A stretch of 64,000 nt of DNA from Ochotona princeps (Eukaryota): the NCBI RefSeq assembly GCF_030435755.1, contig NC_080843.1:68862485-68926484 (forward strand), read 5' to 3'. The notes under the pieces were generated by a model that did no database searches, was not told where the DNA came from, and saw only the letters and a list, made by a program, of their open reading frames with translations. A program made the position numbers and the translations under genes. Of the stretch, positions 1-12,625 are shown one piece after another; position 1 is the first letter of the stretch; the number at the start of each line of letters is the position of its first letter.

Positions 1-133
1 GCATTTAGACTGGTTTCCTCTGGAAGATGAGCCAGTCTGATCCCTTTCTTGAAGCTTTTCCTAGTGCATTTTGATGCCGTGGGTGTTTGCCCTATTCCTG
101 GTGTTAACTCTGTGAAGTTCCATATCTATGACC

Positions 134-276
134 TGTTTTATAGATGACAGTGCTCGATCCCAGATCCTGAGAGAGAAAGTCATTGAATTGGAAACAGAGA
201 TAGAAAAATTTAAGGCTGAGAACACATCCTTAGCTAACCTTCGCATTGAACGAGAAAGTGCCTTGGAAAAACTCAG
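134..276 (+). CDS. CENPJ: CENPJ (CPAP) internal coding exon (partial gene; 5' exons lie outside the window)
   Basis: Acceptor ttttatag at 131-133 and donor AG|gtgagt at 277. Translates to [44 protein letters not shown], a coiled-coil segment matching CENPJ. The exact acceptor and entry phase are uncertain. Confidence 0.72.
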
Positions 277-349
277 GTGAGTTTATATGTACAAGCTGGG
301 GAAGAAAGCCGGTTCCCGAGTTACAGCTTTGAGACTGTTTCTGAAATAC

Positions 350-690
350 CTGAGCCGTGCTGTGGTGTGGTGGGCTAATCCTCCTGCTGAGACACTGGCA
401 TCCCATGTGGGCTCCGGTCTGTGTTCTGGCTGCCCTGCCTCTGCTCCTGCTTCCTGCTGATAGCCTGGGAGAGCAGTGGGAGATGGCTCAGGTTCTTGGG
501 GTGCTGCACCCATGTGGGAGACCTGGAGGAAGCTCCTCGGGTGCTCTAGGGTTGGCTGAGCTCCAGCTGTTGTGGCCATCTGGGGAGTGAACCAGTAGAT
601 GGAATATTGCTCTCTCTGGCTCTCTCCCTCTCTCTCTAACTCTGCCTTTCAAAACTAGAAATAGAATAAATAAGATAAATCTTTAAAAAA
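350..690 (+). mobile_element. C repeat SINE (lagomorph tRNA-derived), older copy
   Basis: It has the C-repeat body (…gggagagcag…atggc(t/c)ca…tgcaccc(a/g)tgtgggagacctgga…ggggagtgaaccag…) and ends in a TA-rich tail. Confidence 0.65.
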
Positions 691-1142
691 TGTTTGAAAC
701 ATTACAAAACTATTTAATTTTATTTAAAAGACTTTCTGTGTACCTGTTCCTTTTCCAGATGTCTTTGACAGCTGGGGTTGAACCCAGCTGGAAGCAGGAA
801 GCAGGACCTGCCTCTGCCGCCTCCAGGGGGTGTAGGAGGGAAAGCTGAAGTAGAAGTGGAGGTGGGGCTGAACTCAGGGCACCCTGATATGGGTTGCAGG
901 TGTCCCAGGTAGCAGTCTAACCCACTCCAAAACATTTCATTATAAACGAAAAAGAAATGAAATGTTACGCATAGAATTAAATGGCTCAGTGTAGTCAACA
1001 CTGTACTGAAGGGGGAATTTGCTTACTAGTGAGATTATGAATTGAAATTGGAAAAGCAGTTTGAAGTCACAAATTCAAATGGTACCTTGGCTATTTTATT
1101 CATTTGTAGCACAAACTGGGAAGCTTAAAACAGTAGGCATAC

Positions 1143-1470
1143 GTGGGGCTTGGCAAGATGGCTTAGTAGCTAAATCCTCGCCTTGCATGTGCCAGGATCC
1201 CATATGGGAACTGGTTTGTGTCCTGGCAGCTCCACTTCCCATCCACTTCCCTGCTTGTGGCATGGGAAAGGAGCAGAGGACGGCCCAAAGCCTTGGGACC
1301 CTGCACCTGTGTGGGAGACCCAAAAGAAACTCCAGGCTCCTGGTTTCGGATTGACTCAGTTCTGGCTGTTGCGGCCACTGGGCAGTGAACCAGTGGATGG
1401 AAGGTCTTTCTTCTTCCTCTCTCTACATGTGCCTTGCAATTAAAAGTAAATAAATCTTTACAAAAACACC
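1143..1470 (+). mobile_element. C repeat SINE
   Basis: Head …ggcttagtagctaaatcctcgccttgcatgtgccaggatcccatatggg…, body …cttgggaccctgcacctgtgtgggagaccc…, tail …taaataaatcttta. Confidence 0.8.
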
Positions 1471-3324
1471 CCCCCCCCCAAAAAAAAAAAACCCAATGCC
1501 ATAGACATGCATGTATTTTCTCATGGTCTGGAGGCGAGAAGCCCCGAGTCAGGGTGTAAGTGAGGTCACACTGTTTTTCTTGTCTCTTTGCTTGTTTCTG
1601 TATCCGTGGTCCCTTGACTGTGGTCCCTGTCTGCACTGGGGTTCTCCCTGGTGTGTGTCTGTAACAGCCGTGTTGTTGGAGTAAAGTCCACTCTACTCTA
1701 GAATGACCTCACCTTGACTTTTTATGTCTTCATTGCATCTAAGAAGATCCTGTTTGCAGAAAGGTTGCAGTCGTAGGCATGAATATCAAGTTATGTTTTG
1801 AAAGACCCAGCTCCACTAGCAACGGTGAGAAGCATGGCAAGTGTGATTTTCCAACATAGCTCATGATCTGGCCTGATTTTATTGTGTGGCAAAACCTGAA
1901 CCATAGTACATACCTTTGCGTATGAGGAGTCGGTAGTGGGTGAGTGTGCACAGGTGAACATGGGATACCGACATCCATCGAGACGCCCCACGTGGGCGGC
2001 AGAGACCCGTGCTGCAGAGCCCTTAGCTGCTGCTCAGGGTGCCCGCCAGTGGGAGGCTGTCCGGGAGAGTGACCTGGACTTGCATCCGGGCACTTTAACA
2101 CCATTGCTCCAAGGGGTACTTTTTTTTGTTTTGTTTTTTTGTTTTTTTGTTTTTTTGAAATATTATATCTGTTTGAAAGGCAAAATTAGAGAGCTCCATG
2201 TTCCATCTGCTGACTCACTACCCAAAGGGTCACAATGGCCAGGGCTCGGCCAGGCTGGAGCCAGGAGCCAGGAGCCAGGAGCTTCATCTAGGTGTCATAT
2301 GCCTAGGGCCTCAAGCACTTGGGCCATCCGCTGCTGCTTTCCCAGAAGGAAGTGGAGCAGCCGGGACTCAAACTGGTGCTTAAGTGGGGCACTTGTGCCA
2401 CAGGTGGGAGCTTAACTCGTTGGCAGCACAGCTCCAGCCTGGCTGTACCTTTGGCTGTTGTGAAGGATATTGCTGTGGACACTGTGTACACATCTCTTCT
2501 AGTTTTTGCGTTTTCTTTCTTTTTCTGAGGGGCAGAGTAACAGGGTGGAAATGAGTGGATTCTCCTGTTCACTGACCCCTTCCTTGCATTTGGCACTAAG
2601 CCAGGCTGAAGGCAGGAAACAGGAATTCCAGCTCGTCTCCCACGTGGATGGCAGGAACCCAAGCATTTGGGCCATTATTTGCTGCCTTCCATTAGCAAAA
2701 GCTTGGGTGGAGGTGGGACTTGATTCGAGGCACTCCTGAACGGGGTGCAGCCTGAATTCTGGGGGTGTGTATACCCGGGGGCTGAAGGACTGGGCATATG
2801 GCCGCTCTAGATGTAAACTTTGAGAAGCCACGCTAGTTGGTGCCTCCTCTGGTAATTGACAAGGGTTCTGATATTCTGTGTCTTACCAACATGAACTGTT
2901 TTTCCCCTTAAGAAAATTCTCTTTAATTTTCAAGTCAGAGGAACACAGAGAGTGCTCCTATCTGATGGTTCGTTCCTAAAATGCCCTCAAAAGCCTGGAC
3001 TGGACATAACAGAAGCCAGGAGCCAGGAACTCAATCCGGGTCTTCCCTATGAGTGACAGGGACCCAGCTGCTGGCTGCCAGTGTTGAGGTGTTGGCCCCT
3101 TGGGCCCAGAATCAGGAATGGAGCTGGGAGTCGAACCTAGGTACCATGGTGTGCATTGTGGGCATCTAAATGCCAGCCCTTCTGCCAATAAATGTAGATA
3201 CATGGTTATGAGTAATATGGTCATTAGAAGGGAGAACTTATCCCAAGCCCTTTCATCATCCAAGATAAATGCTTAAACACCTATACTTTATTATTTTAAA
3301 ATATAAATTTCTGAGGCTGATACT

Positions 3325-3600
3325 TTGGTGGAGTGGTGACATCCCACGTGGGTGCTAGTTCGAGTCCTGACTGTTCCATTTTTTATTCAGCTCCCTGCGA
3401 ATGAGCCTGGGAAAGAAGCAGAGGGTGGCTTAAGTCCCTGAACCCCTGCACCCATGTGGGAGACCCAGAAGAAGCTCCTGGCTCCCTGCTTCTGACCAGC
3501 CCAGCTTTTGCCGTTGAGGCCACTTGGGAGAGTGAGCCAGTTAATGGAGGATTCTGTCTCCATTCTCTCTCTGTAACTGCCTCTTAGTCAATCTCTCTCT
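3325..3600 (+). mobile_element. C repeat SINE (diverged)
   Basis: The C-repeat body is …cctgcacccatgtgggagacccagaagaagctcctggct…gccacttgggagagtgagccag…. Confidence 0.6.
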
Positions 3601-3664
3601 CTATATCTATATCTATATATCACAAAGGACATTTACATCCTAAAATAATGATTATCTTTTTTAG

Positions 3665-3990
3665 TGTTTATTTTTATGTCTTTATTTAAATGAGTTACAC
3701 ACACACACATAGCGATTGATTGATCTTCCATCTGCTGATTCACTCCCCAAATGGTTACAATGGCTGGAACTGGGCTGGGCTGAAGCCAGGAGTCAGGAGC
3801 TTCTTCTGGGTCTCCCACGTAAGTGCAAGAATCCAAGCGTTCGGGCCATCTTTGACTGCTTTTCCAAGTGCGTTGGCGGGGAGCTGGGTTGGAAGTGGGG
3901 CAGCCAGGTCTTGAACCTGGCGCCTGCGTGGGATGCTGGTGCTGTAGGGGGTGGCTTTGCCCACTTCACCACACTGCTGCCCATGGCTAT
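3665..3990 (-). mobile_element. C repeat SINE (minus orientation)
   Basis: Reverse-complement C-repeat: …gatcttccatctgctgattcactccccaaatgg…ggagcttcttctgggtctcccacg…. Confidence 0.75.
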
Positions 3991-4440
3991 CTTTTCGTAG
4001 AGCAATTTCACTGTGGTAAGCTCTGTTCCAAGCAAAAACCAAAATTTGAATTTAGGCAGTGTGTTTTCCTTCCCATCTTACAGATGGGGAAACTGAGGTA
4101 CTGTCAAGTTCACGTCTTTAGTGACAGCTCCAGCTCCACCCCAGACGGCCGCCTCCAACTCTGGACTGTGTTGTCTGTTGTCCGTTAACCTGCCTTTGAA
4201 TGCAACGACATACTAGACCTCTTACCCTGTCGGTACTGCCTGTGAGTGTGTCAGGGCATCTGTGTCCCTGTCAGATTGTCCTGCACGTGGTAGCTTTGGG
4301 AAAAAAAAAAAGATCTTGTGAAGAGTTTCACGAACCTCTGCCACTCTGGTCAGCATCTGAGAGTCCATCTTGCTGCTGTTTCTCCATCGTGGGCAGTGAG
4401 TGTTAGCAGTTTGTGAAGTGCTGCTAACCTCATCACCTTT

Positions 4441-4473
4441 TTTTTTTTTTTTTTAAAGATTTATTTGGACAAC

Positions 4474-4504
<31 letters not shown>

Positions 4505-4720
4505 ATGATTCTTCCATCTGCTGGTTCATTCCCTGATGGTTGTGTTGTCAGGGCTGGACCAGGCTCAATGTAGGAACTTCCTCCGGGTCTACCCAGGTAC
4601 CCACTGCTCTCAGAGTTAGGAGGGAACTGGATTAGAAGCAGAGCAGGCGGGACTGGAGCCAGCACTCGGATGCAAGCTGCTGATGTTACAGCTCAACTCC
4701 CCGTATTACAACCCTGACCC
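4441..4720 (-). mobile_element. C repeat SINE variant (minus) with a (GA)n tail
   Basis: It reads …aaagatttatttgg…gattcttccatctgctggttcattccc…. Confidence 0.6.
4471..4505. repeat. (GA)n microsatellite inside a C-repeat tail
   Basis: The sequence is gagagagagagagaaagagagagagagagaa. Confidence 0.85.
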
Positions 4721-5753
4721 TTTGATGTTTCCAGATGATTGAGTTCAGCATAGTTTTACGTTTAATGGTATTTATGTTTGTTTTGTAAATTTCTTTATGA
4801 CCTTTGCTCATTTATCCAGTGGGAGTTTCATCTTACTGTTTGCAGATTTGTAGATCTATTAAGGACTCAAAAGTGCTACAATTGTCCCATTTTCTGTTTT
4901 TAATTTTTACATTTTGTATATAGTATGAAAGTTATATCAAGTGTGAATATTATATTCATACATGTACACACACATGTATATGGAGTGTCCAGCCAACCTC
5001 AAGCCTTTAATTATTGCTCGTACTGCCACTGAAGCTCAGAGTCTGGTCTGCGCTTCATATCCCACTGGCTACTTGATGTCTTTTCAAAGAGCTCTTAAGT
5101 GTCTTAAATGGATAGTTTCTGGAAGAGCTAGTTCCTGCTGTTGCCCGCAGACATGGTCATCTCACAGTCTTCTCCTGATGGGCCAGGGCACGCTCCTGCT
5201 CTCAACCCACCTGTCACTCCACCTGGCATCCTGAGTGGCGTGTGCTGCTCCTGCTGCCTGCCCGTGCTCTGCACACAGCAGCCAGAGCCCGCCGAGCCCT
5301 CACAGCTGCCGTCCTCAGCCTCCCCAAGGCTGGCATCTGCTCCTCCCGATGCTGTCTGACCGTGGGGCATCTCCTTCCGTGGGCCTTGCCCCCTGGCTTT
5401 GCCTCATCGGACCCTTGGCGCTGCCTCACCCTGGGCGTGACGGAAGACGCCACCGAAACCACAGCCTCTCACCCTCCTATTTCCTAACCTCTTCCTTGCT
5501 TTATATTTCTCCTTGATGCTTCTACGTCTGTATGTTTAACTTGTTCATTATTCTCTTCACTCTGGTTTCCCTACCACCTAGCGGAGAGCCAGCCTCACCG
5601 TGGGCTGCCCAGTGGATGTTTGCAGGGTCAGTGCCCTGTGGGCCCGAGAGGACTCGCCAGGGCTGCAGTTCCTTAGCTACCCACTGGGTGGTGCTGTGAT
5701 GCCACACAGGAGAGTGAGCTGGTCCCTGGAGCTGATAATATTGGTTGTTTTAG

Positions 5754-5919
5754 GAAAGAAATTGCAGACTTTGAACAACAGAAAGCGAAAGAATTGGCTC
5801 GAATAGAAGAATATAAGAAGGAAGAAATAAAGAAGCTACAAAGGGAACGTAAAGTATTTGAAAAGTATACTACAGTTGCCAGAACTTTTCCAGATAAAAA
5901 AGAACGTGAAGAAATACAG
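5754..5919 (+). CDS. CENPJ: CENPJ coding exon
   Basis: Acceptor tgttttag|G and donor CAG|gtatgc. It is phase-compatible with the previous exon (ag+g=R). Translates to [56 protein letters not shown]. Confidence 0.85.
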
Positions 5920-6600
5920 GTATGCCACTTCTTTGCATTTACTCATTTAAATTATGTTTCTCTTGGAGTTATCTGATGTGTCAGGGAAAAAAACAGGTGT
6001 TCATTATTCATTCAGCAAATACTGTGTTAGCAACATGGCATCAAGCACTTTTTTTTTTTTTGTATCAAAGACTACAAATTACCAGCTTTTTTCCATTAGT
6101 AAAGATTTGCTAGAAGCTTCCTTGACCCTGACATGATCCGGATGAGTTAGTGAGCCAGGCGTGTCAGTGCAACAGTGCTGTGTTAACCTTTGTGACCTAC
6201 TGCGTACAGATACTGTTAGTTCTGTTCATTTATAACAGTAGACGGCCTTAATATACTGGATTGAGTTTAACTGTAAAACTTAAAAACCCATAGGCCAAGT
6301 TACTGTTCTGCTGTATTCACAGCTAGAAACAGGATGTGAGCTGGAGAGTGTAGCAATTAAAAGGAACTAGTGCGTTTCTTGTAAAATTGTAAGCCTTCTA
6401 GAAGAAAAAAATTATGAATATATTTGTAGCGTTGCTATGGGCAAAGATTTTTTTTTTTTAAAAAGTCACAACTAACAATAAAAAAGTTGGGTATATTGGA
6501 ATTCTTCAACACATTTTCAAAAGAAAAATTGCCTATTTATTTTCCACTTACTCTTTCCGAGACAGAGATCAAAAGGCAGAGGGAGCACTCTCATCCAGTT

Positions 6601-6941
6601 TTTTTTTTTTTTTTTTTTTTAAGATTTATTTATTTTATTACAAAGTCAGATGTGCAGAGAGGAGGAGAGACAGAGAGGAAGATCTTCCGTCTGATGATTC
6701 ACTCCCCAAGTGGCTACAGTGACTGGAGCTGCGCTGAGCCAAAGGCAGGAGCCAGGAGACTCTTGTGGGTCTCCCACATGGGTGCAGGGTCCCAAGGCTT
6801 TGGGGCGTCCTTGACTGCTTTTCCAGGCCACAAGCAGGGAGCTGGATGGGAAGTGGGGCCGTCAGAATTAAAACTGGCGCCCATATAGGATCTTGGCGTG
6901 TGCAAGGCGAGGACTTTAGCCACTAGGCTAACACTCCAGGC
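6601..6941 (-). mobile_element. C repeat SINE (minus)
   Basis: It begins (T)n aagatttatttattttattacaaagtcagat…gatcttccgtctgatgattcactccccaagtgg… and ends …ggcgaggactttagccactaggc. Confidence 0.85.
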
Positions 6942-6954
6942 CTATTTTTAAAAA

Positions 6955-7272
6955 GCATTTACTTGTTTTTATTGAAGTGGGAGATCTACAGAGAGGGGGA
7001 TAGACAGAAAGATCTTCTGTCCTCTGGTTCACTCCCCAAGTGGTTGCAATGGCTGGAACTAAGTCAATTTGAAGCCAGGAACCAGGAGCTTCTTCCTGGT
7101 CGCCCACGTGGGTGCAGGGTCCCAAGGCTTTGGGCTACACTCTATTGCCTTCCCAGGCCTCAAACGGGGAGGTGGATGGGAACTGGGGCAGCCAGAACAT
7201 GAACCAGTTCCTATATGGGATCCTGGCGCATGCTAGGCGAGGGCTTTAGCTGCTAGGCCACTACACCGGGCC
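6955..7272 (-). mobile_element. C repeat SINE (minus), in tandem with the previous copy
   Basis: It reads …gatcttctgtcctctggttcactccccaagtgg…ccaggcgagggctttagctgctaggccactacaccgggcc. Confidence 0.85.
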
Positions 7273-7865
7273 TGGTATCTATATTTTTGTACCTGGTTTA
7301 TTTTATTTAACATAATGTCCTCTAATTCCATTCACGTTCTTGCAGGATGACAGGTTTCTTCCTTGTTTGTGGCTGAATATCATCCCAGGGTAGACAGACG
7401 CCACGCTTTGCGCCGTCATCCCACCGTGATGGGCATTCCGGCCAGTTGTGTTTCTTGCCTGTTGGGAATCGGGCTGCAGGCACTCTTTGCCCCAGGCTCA
7501 TTTCATTTCCTCTGAACGTCTGTTTGGTGGGAGCATAGTTGGGTCGTATGATAGTTCTGTTTGCAGTGTTTTGAGGAACCTTCAAGCTGTTTTAAAAGGC
7601 ATCCGTGTGTGAGTTCCGCCTTCTCCACCTTGGCAGCGCTGCAGCCAGCTTGCTCAGAATCCGCTGCAGCCCTGCGGGGTGCCGATGGAGCGTGCCCGCT
7701 GTCCTGGCACAGACATTCGTTATTCACTCACAACCTTCCCAAACCCATTTTACTTTAGGATTCCCTTTAGATACTCAGTGTTCCCAGCTTGGACACTGGG
7801 ATCTTTAGTTCATGGATTCCATTGTCCTATAGCTTGTCCTTAAAGGTTTGAAAGTAGCCCTGCAT

Positions 7866-8178
7866 GGGGCCCAGCATGGTAATCTAGGGGCTAACTCCTT
7901 GCCTTGCATGTGCCAGGATCCTATATGAGCGCTGGTTCATGTCCCTGCAGCCCCACTTCCCTTCCAGCTCCCTGCTTGTGGCCTGGGAAAGCAGCAGAAG
8001 ATGGCCCAAAGCCTTGGGACCCTGCACCCGCGTGGGAGACCTGGAAGAGGCTCCTGGCTCCTGGCTTCAGATTGGCTCAGCTCTGACTGTTGCGGTCACT
8101 TGGGGTGTGAACCAGCAGACAGAAGATCTTTCTGTATATCTGACTTTGTAATAAAAATAATTAAATCTTAAAAAAAAG
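7866..8178 (+). mobile_element. C repeat SINE
   Basis: It reads ggcccagcatggtaatctaggggctaactccttgccttgcatgtgcc…gggagacctggaagaggctcctgg…aataattaaatctta(A)n. Confidence 0.85.
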
Positions 8179-8494
8179 GTATTCCAGGCTTCTGATTATT
8201 GCAACCCATTTTTCCCAACCTGATGACTTGGAACGCTATGCTGTCGTTTCCGGAGCCCACTGAGCCACGTGGTGCTGTCTCCACATCTCCCTGTCCACAT
8301 GGCCAGCCTGCAGCTGCTTGCCCTGGGTGCCTCCAACCTACCTCCTTTCCCCACCACATTTGTCTGTCTCCTGACTTCTCACTTTTTGGAAATCTGGATG
8401 TGCAAGCCCTGTTGACATCAGTACTGCATTCCTGGTTCACATTGACTTTGCTTCTGTCTGACATCTTGGCACTGCTTCCTCTCCCTCTCTTCTC

Positions 8495-8620
8495 GCCCCG
8501 ATCCCCCACCCTGCCTCCCTGCCAGCCTCTGGCCTCATGCCCCCACCCCGCTTCCCTGCCAGCCTCTCGCCTCATGCCCCCAACCCGCCTCCCTCCCAGC
8601 CTCCCGCCTGCTGTGCCTGC
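8495..8620. repeat. GC-rich tandem repeat (about 42 bp x3) in a proline-codon-rich block
   Basis: The sequence ccc(a/c)ccc(t/g)(g/c)c(c/t)tccctgccagcctct(g/c)gcctcatgccccca repeats three times. Confidence 0.65.
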
Positions 8621-9593
8621 AACCTCCCATCCAGTCTCTCCCTTTGCCATGGAGACCGTGGCTTCTGCTCCCACACCAGATTCAACAGTCACGCCACCAC
8701 CGCACGCCATCCCTTACTGTCCTCTGCCGTATGGGTTATCAGTTATAGACATGCCATCACTTCTTGAAGCTGTAGGCTTGGTCCTACAGCCGGAGGTGTA
8801 GGCGCGGAACTCCCTGGAGGTGCTGTCTGCCCACACGCTCCGGTTTGCCCCTCACATGTCCCACTTCGCCTCTGGCCTTGCTGCCGATGTGGCGATGGTG
8901 GCAGGGCTCAGGTTCAGCGAGGGGTGCCTGGAGGCAGCCTGCGACTTCCTGCGCACAGTGTCCTGCAAACTTCCTGGCTCAGGCGGCCCCAGCCTCTGGT
9001 GTCCTGCACTGGCCCGGCTCCCCCTGCGCCCACCGCTGTGATCTGTCTGTGGCTGCCATGCCGCACACCTGTAGCTGAGGGCATCAGACACTGGCTGCGC
9101 CTGCCTTGGGCCAGAGGCCTGCGACTCTTCTTGGGGCTCGGCTTTCTCTTCTGCTACACGCTCGAGTCACCACTTTGGAGCTGAGGGCCTTGGGCTTGGC
9201 TGCTGGCGCCTCACCCTGCGAACATGGTCTGCGTCCCCTCTGGCCCGAGAGCCTCCCTGGCCAGCCTCCCGCCTCCTCCGCAGAGGGGAGCTTCAGGCCC
9301 CTGGCTGTCAGCTCTCAGCGCTCCTGGAACTTCCTTCCCCTCGCTGGCCTGTGGCCCGCACGTCCTGGCAGTCTGAGCTCACTCTTCTCAGAGTGGCCTG
9401 GCTCCCTGCCGTGAGTGAGTGCCAGTGTGCCCCTAGGTGCTCCCTGAATGGCCCCAAGGTGTCAGTTGGTTTCCTTCTTGCCCCTGAGTTGATATCTTAG
9501 AGTTCTGTGTCTGCTGAGCAGAGCTGTTCTGTTGCAACCGACATGTCTGTCTGACCCTGTAACGCTGTCTCGTGTGTGTGTTTTTTTTGAGAG

Positions 9594-9800
9594 GCTTTGA
9601 AACAGCAAGTAGCAGATTTGCAGGAAGATTTGAAAAGGAAAGAAGCAAAATGGTCAAGCGCACATGGCCGTCTCCGGAGCCAGATAGAAATGTTAGTCAG
9701 AGAGAACACGGACCTGCGGGAGGAGATCAAGGTGATGGAGCGATTCCGGCTGGATGCCTGGAAGAAGGCGGAAGCCATTGAGAGCAGCCCGAAGGCCCAG
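9594..9800 (+). CDS. CENPJ: CENPJ coding exon
   Basis: Acceptor ttttttttgagag|GCT and donor CAG|gtgcgt, phase 0 to 0. Translates to [69 protein letters not shown]. It sits inside a CpG-rich block. Confidence 0.85.
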
Positions 9801-11055
9801 GTGCGTGCGACTGCCGGAAAGCAGCCCGAGGCCGTGGCAGGTGCTCCCGTCTGTTCTGGGGGGGCTGTCGGACATGTGATGAACATGTGACACTTCGATC
9901 CATCAAGACAGAGTGAAGTGCTGGCGGCCGGGCAGCGGGGCGGCATGGTGCCGGGGTGCTGTGGGCCGGGCAGCTCCAGGGCGGGTGGGGGAAGGGCTGC
10001 CCGCGGTGTGAACGTGTGTCATGCCCTGCGCCGACATCTCAGCGGTGAAGACGACGCCTTTGATGCCATGGGCATTCTACCACAGTTGAAAAGCCCTGCT
10101 CTGTTCTGTACAGGGACTTTCAGGCTCGTTATTGTAAGTCTTCTAAAGGAGCTCTCCCCCAATAGGCAGTTGGTCCCGGTGTGGGCGGCTTGAGTGAGTG
10201 TGCCAGTCACGTGCATAGATTTGTTCTGATCCAGTGACGGTCTTCACCTGTGCGACGCTGGTCTGCGCCCCGGAGGTGCAGCAGCGAACCAAGCAGATGG
10301 CATCCCTTGCCCTCAGGGAACTTCGATTCGAGCTGCAAGGGCAGCTGGGGACGGCCATAGCACGATAGAGTGATACCCTGTGTGGCGTGTGAGATTGATG
10401 AGGTTAGGAGGAGAAGCAAGATGGGAGGAAGTGGCCAGCGGCAGGTAGCAAGGACACAGCCGGGGCTGGCTGGCAGGACTGGCAGAGCAGCCTGTGGCCT
10501 GCGGGCAAGTAGGAAGGCCGGAAGCCACCGGGGAGAGTCAGAGGGTATTGCGGCCAGCAGTTTCTTCAGCCTGCATGAGTCCTGTGACTTGGGAGCCCCT
10601 GGAAGGCTTTGGGGGCGGCCTGACCTTTAAGTTCAGCGAACTTGCTCTGTCTGCCGCTGACTTGAGAACCGGTGGAGGGGCCTGGGAAGAGTTGGCAACA
10701 GAGTCTGTTGCAGGAAATCAGACCCTGGCAGCTGCCCCGTCTGAGTGGTGTTAGAAGGACATGGAGCAGCTGTCCAGATCTGGTTCCGACTGGGGAAGGG
10801 TTTGACAGCAAGAAAGGAGTCGTCGCCAATCCCAGTTTTTTGTTGGTTTTGTATTTTGGCCTCAATGATCAAGAGAGAGAGACCACGAAAAGAGAACGTA
10901 GAATGGGTGTGCTCTGAGAATGTGGGTGCGGGAGCCCAAGTGTGGACAGGCCTCCTTTGAAATGCGGAAGAGATGGCCATGTAAGTGTCAGGAGAGGCGC
11001 GGGGGCTGCTGGGATGTCAGGTGGGGACCGACAACTGAGCCCGGAAATACTTCAG

Positions 11056-11094
11056 GTGAGTGAGTGAGTGTGTGTGTGTGTGTGTGTGTGTGTA
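11056..11094. repeat. (GT)n microsatellite
   Basis: The sequence is gtgagtgagtgagtgtgtgtgtgtgtgtgtgtgtgtgtgtat. Confidence 0.9.
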
Positions 11095-11699
11095 TAGGCA
11101 GAATTAAGTGGAGGGGAGAACGCAGAAGTGGGGTGATGGCTGGAGCAAAGTCCTGGGGCAGTGAGCAGGTGGGCCTGGGAAGGGAGGCGAGCGGCCAGCA
11201 CCCCTCCCTCTGCCCCCAGCCTGGACCCAGGGATTTGTCCTCCTCCGAAAGCTGGGCACACTGCTCAGCTAGTGAGCGTGGAGGAGGAGGCCTGTGAGAG
11301 TCGGAAGAAGCAGAGAATGTGTGCCGATGGAGGGCAGAGGGTGAGCCTGGGCTGCACGGAGTTCCCTGGGGTAGAGAGCTTGCACCCACAGAACTGTACA
11401 CATACATGTTTGTTCCCGTTGGCTTTTGGGGTGTAGGGTGGGAGACATATTTCAACTGAGATGTGGTCACCCACGTGAGAGGGGCGCGGTTTGTAGAGCC
11501 TGCAGTGAAACACAATGTTAAACTGAGGGCAGAAGCTGCCAGGTTTGGGAGCTACAGCAGACATGCGTGGGGCGGTTCAGCCCAGGACCTGGTGACCCGA
11601 GCGTTGTCTGGGTGTATGGGTTTGCAGAGAATGAGCTGGAAGGATTGGATATGGCAGAGCGTGACACTTCCTTGTCCTATTTTATCCCACATCTTCGTG

Positions 11700-11935
11700 T
11701 TTGGGAGGCTCAGCTGCTGGTTCACTCCCCGGTAGGCCCACCCTGGGCCGGCTTGGTGGGCCAAAACCAGGAGCCAGGAACTCGTAGGGCTCCTGCGTGG
11801 GTGTCCGTGACTAAGCCCTCACTGCTGAGTCAGCATCAGCATGCAGGAAACCAGCTTGGGAGCAGAGCTGGGATTTGAACTCAGGTACCCTGATTTGGAT
11901 GTTGGTGTCTTAACCACTAAGCTAAACAGCTGCTT
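11700..11935 (-). mobile_element. SINE fragment (C-repeat-related, minus)
   Basis: It reads …ctggttcactccccggtaggcc…ccaggagccaggaactcgtagggctcc…. Confidence 0.5.
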
Positions 11936-12139
11936 CCCACTTGTTACCTCGCCACCCTCAGATTTCTCAGAATAGAACAGATGACAGAACCCTGCGGTGA
12001 GCACCTGAGCCCCAGCTGACTTAAACGCTGTGAATGTGTGCCTTGTTTTGTAGGGTTTTCTGAAGCATTTGGAGGTCATGGTGGAAATCTTGGTACTTCT
12101 CCCTGAATACCTTTTTTTTAAGTAGCTCTTTGAGGGTGT

Positions 12140-12460
12140 GACACGATGACTGAATGGCCAACTGCTCACCTTGGAAGTGCAAGGATCCCATATGGGCGCT
12201 GGTTCTAATCCTGGCAGCCCTGCTTCCCATCCAGCTCCCTGCTTGTGGCCTGGGAAAGCAGTCAAGAACGGCCCAAAGCCTTGGGATCCTGCACCCGTGT
12301 GGGAGACCCAGAAGAGGCTCCTGGCTCCTGGCTTCACATCAGCTCAGCCCTGTCATTGCGGCCACTTGGGAAGTGAAGCAGTGGGTGGAAGATGTTTCTC
12401 TATTGTCTTCTCTTTGTAAATCTGCCTTTATAATAAAAATAAATCTTTTTTTTTTTTTAA
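12140..12460 (+). mobile_element. C repeat SINE
   Basis: It reads …ctcaccttggaagtgcaaggatcccatatgggcgctggttctaatcctggcagccctgcttcccatccagctccctgcttgtggcctgggaaagcag…ataaaaataaatc(T)n. Confidence 0.85.
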
Positions 12461-12625
12461 GCGGAGTGGCAGAAAAGGAGAGAGGCCGACTGATTGGTTC
12501 ATTCCCCAAATGGCTGCAGCATTTGGGGATGGGCTGATCAGAAGGCAGGAGACTGAAATGCCGTCTTGTCTTCCCTGTGGGTCGGGGAGGTTCTGAGGCC
12601 TCAGGCTTTGCTCTTCGCTGCCCTC
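12461..12625 (-). mobile_element. C repeat fragment (minus)
   Basis: It reads …gactgattggttcattccccaaatggctgcagc…. Confidence 0.5.

Noticed and set aside
8168-8801. Overlapping 200-aa (+) and 180-aa (-) proline/alanine-rich ORFs
   Set aside because: They lie in a GC-rich, tandem-repeat-containing intronic block where stop codons are rare in every frame. There are no splice signals linking them to CENPJ and no recognisable domain. Long ORFs on both strands at once is the signature of compositional artefact.
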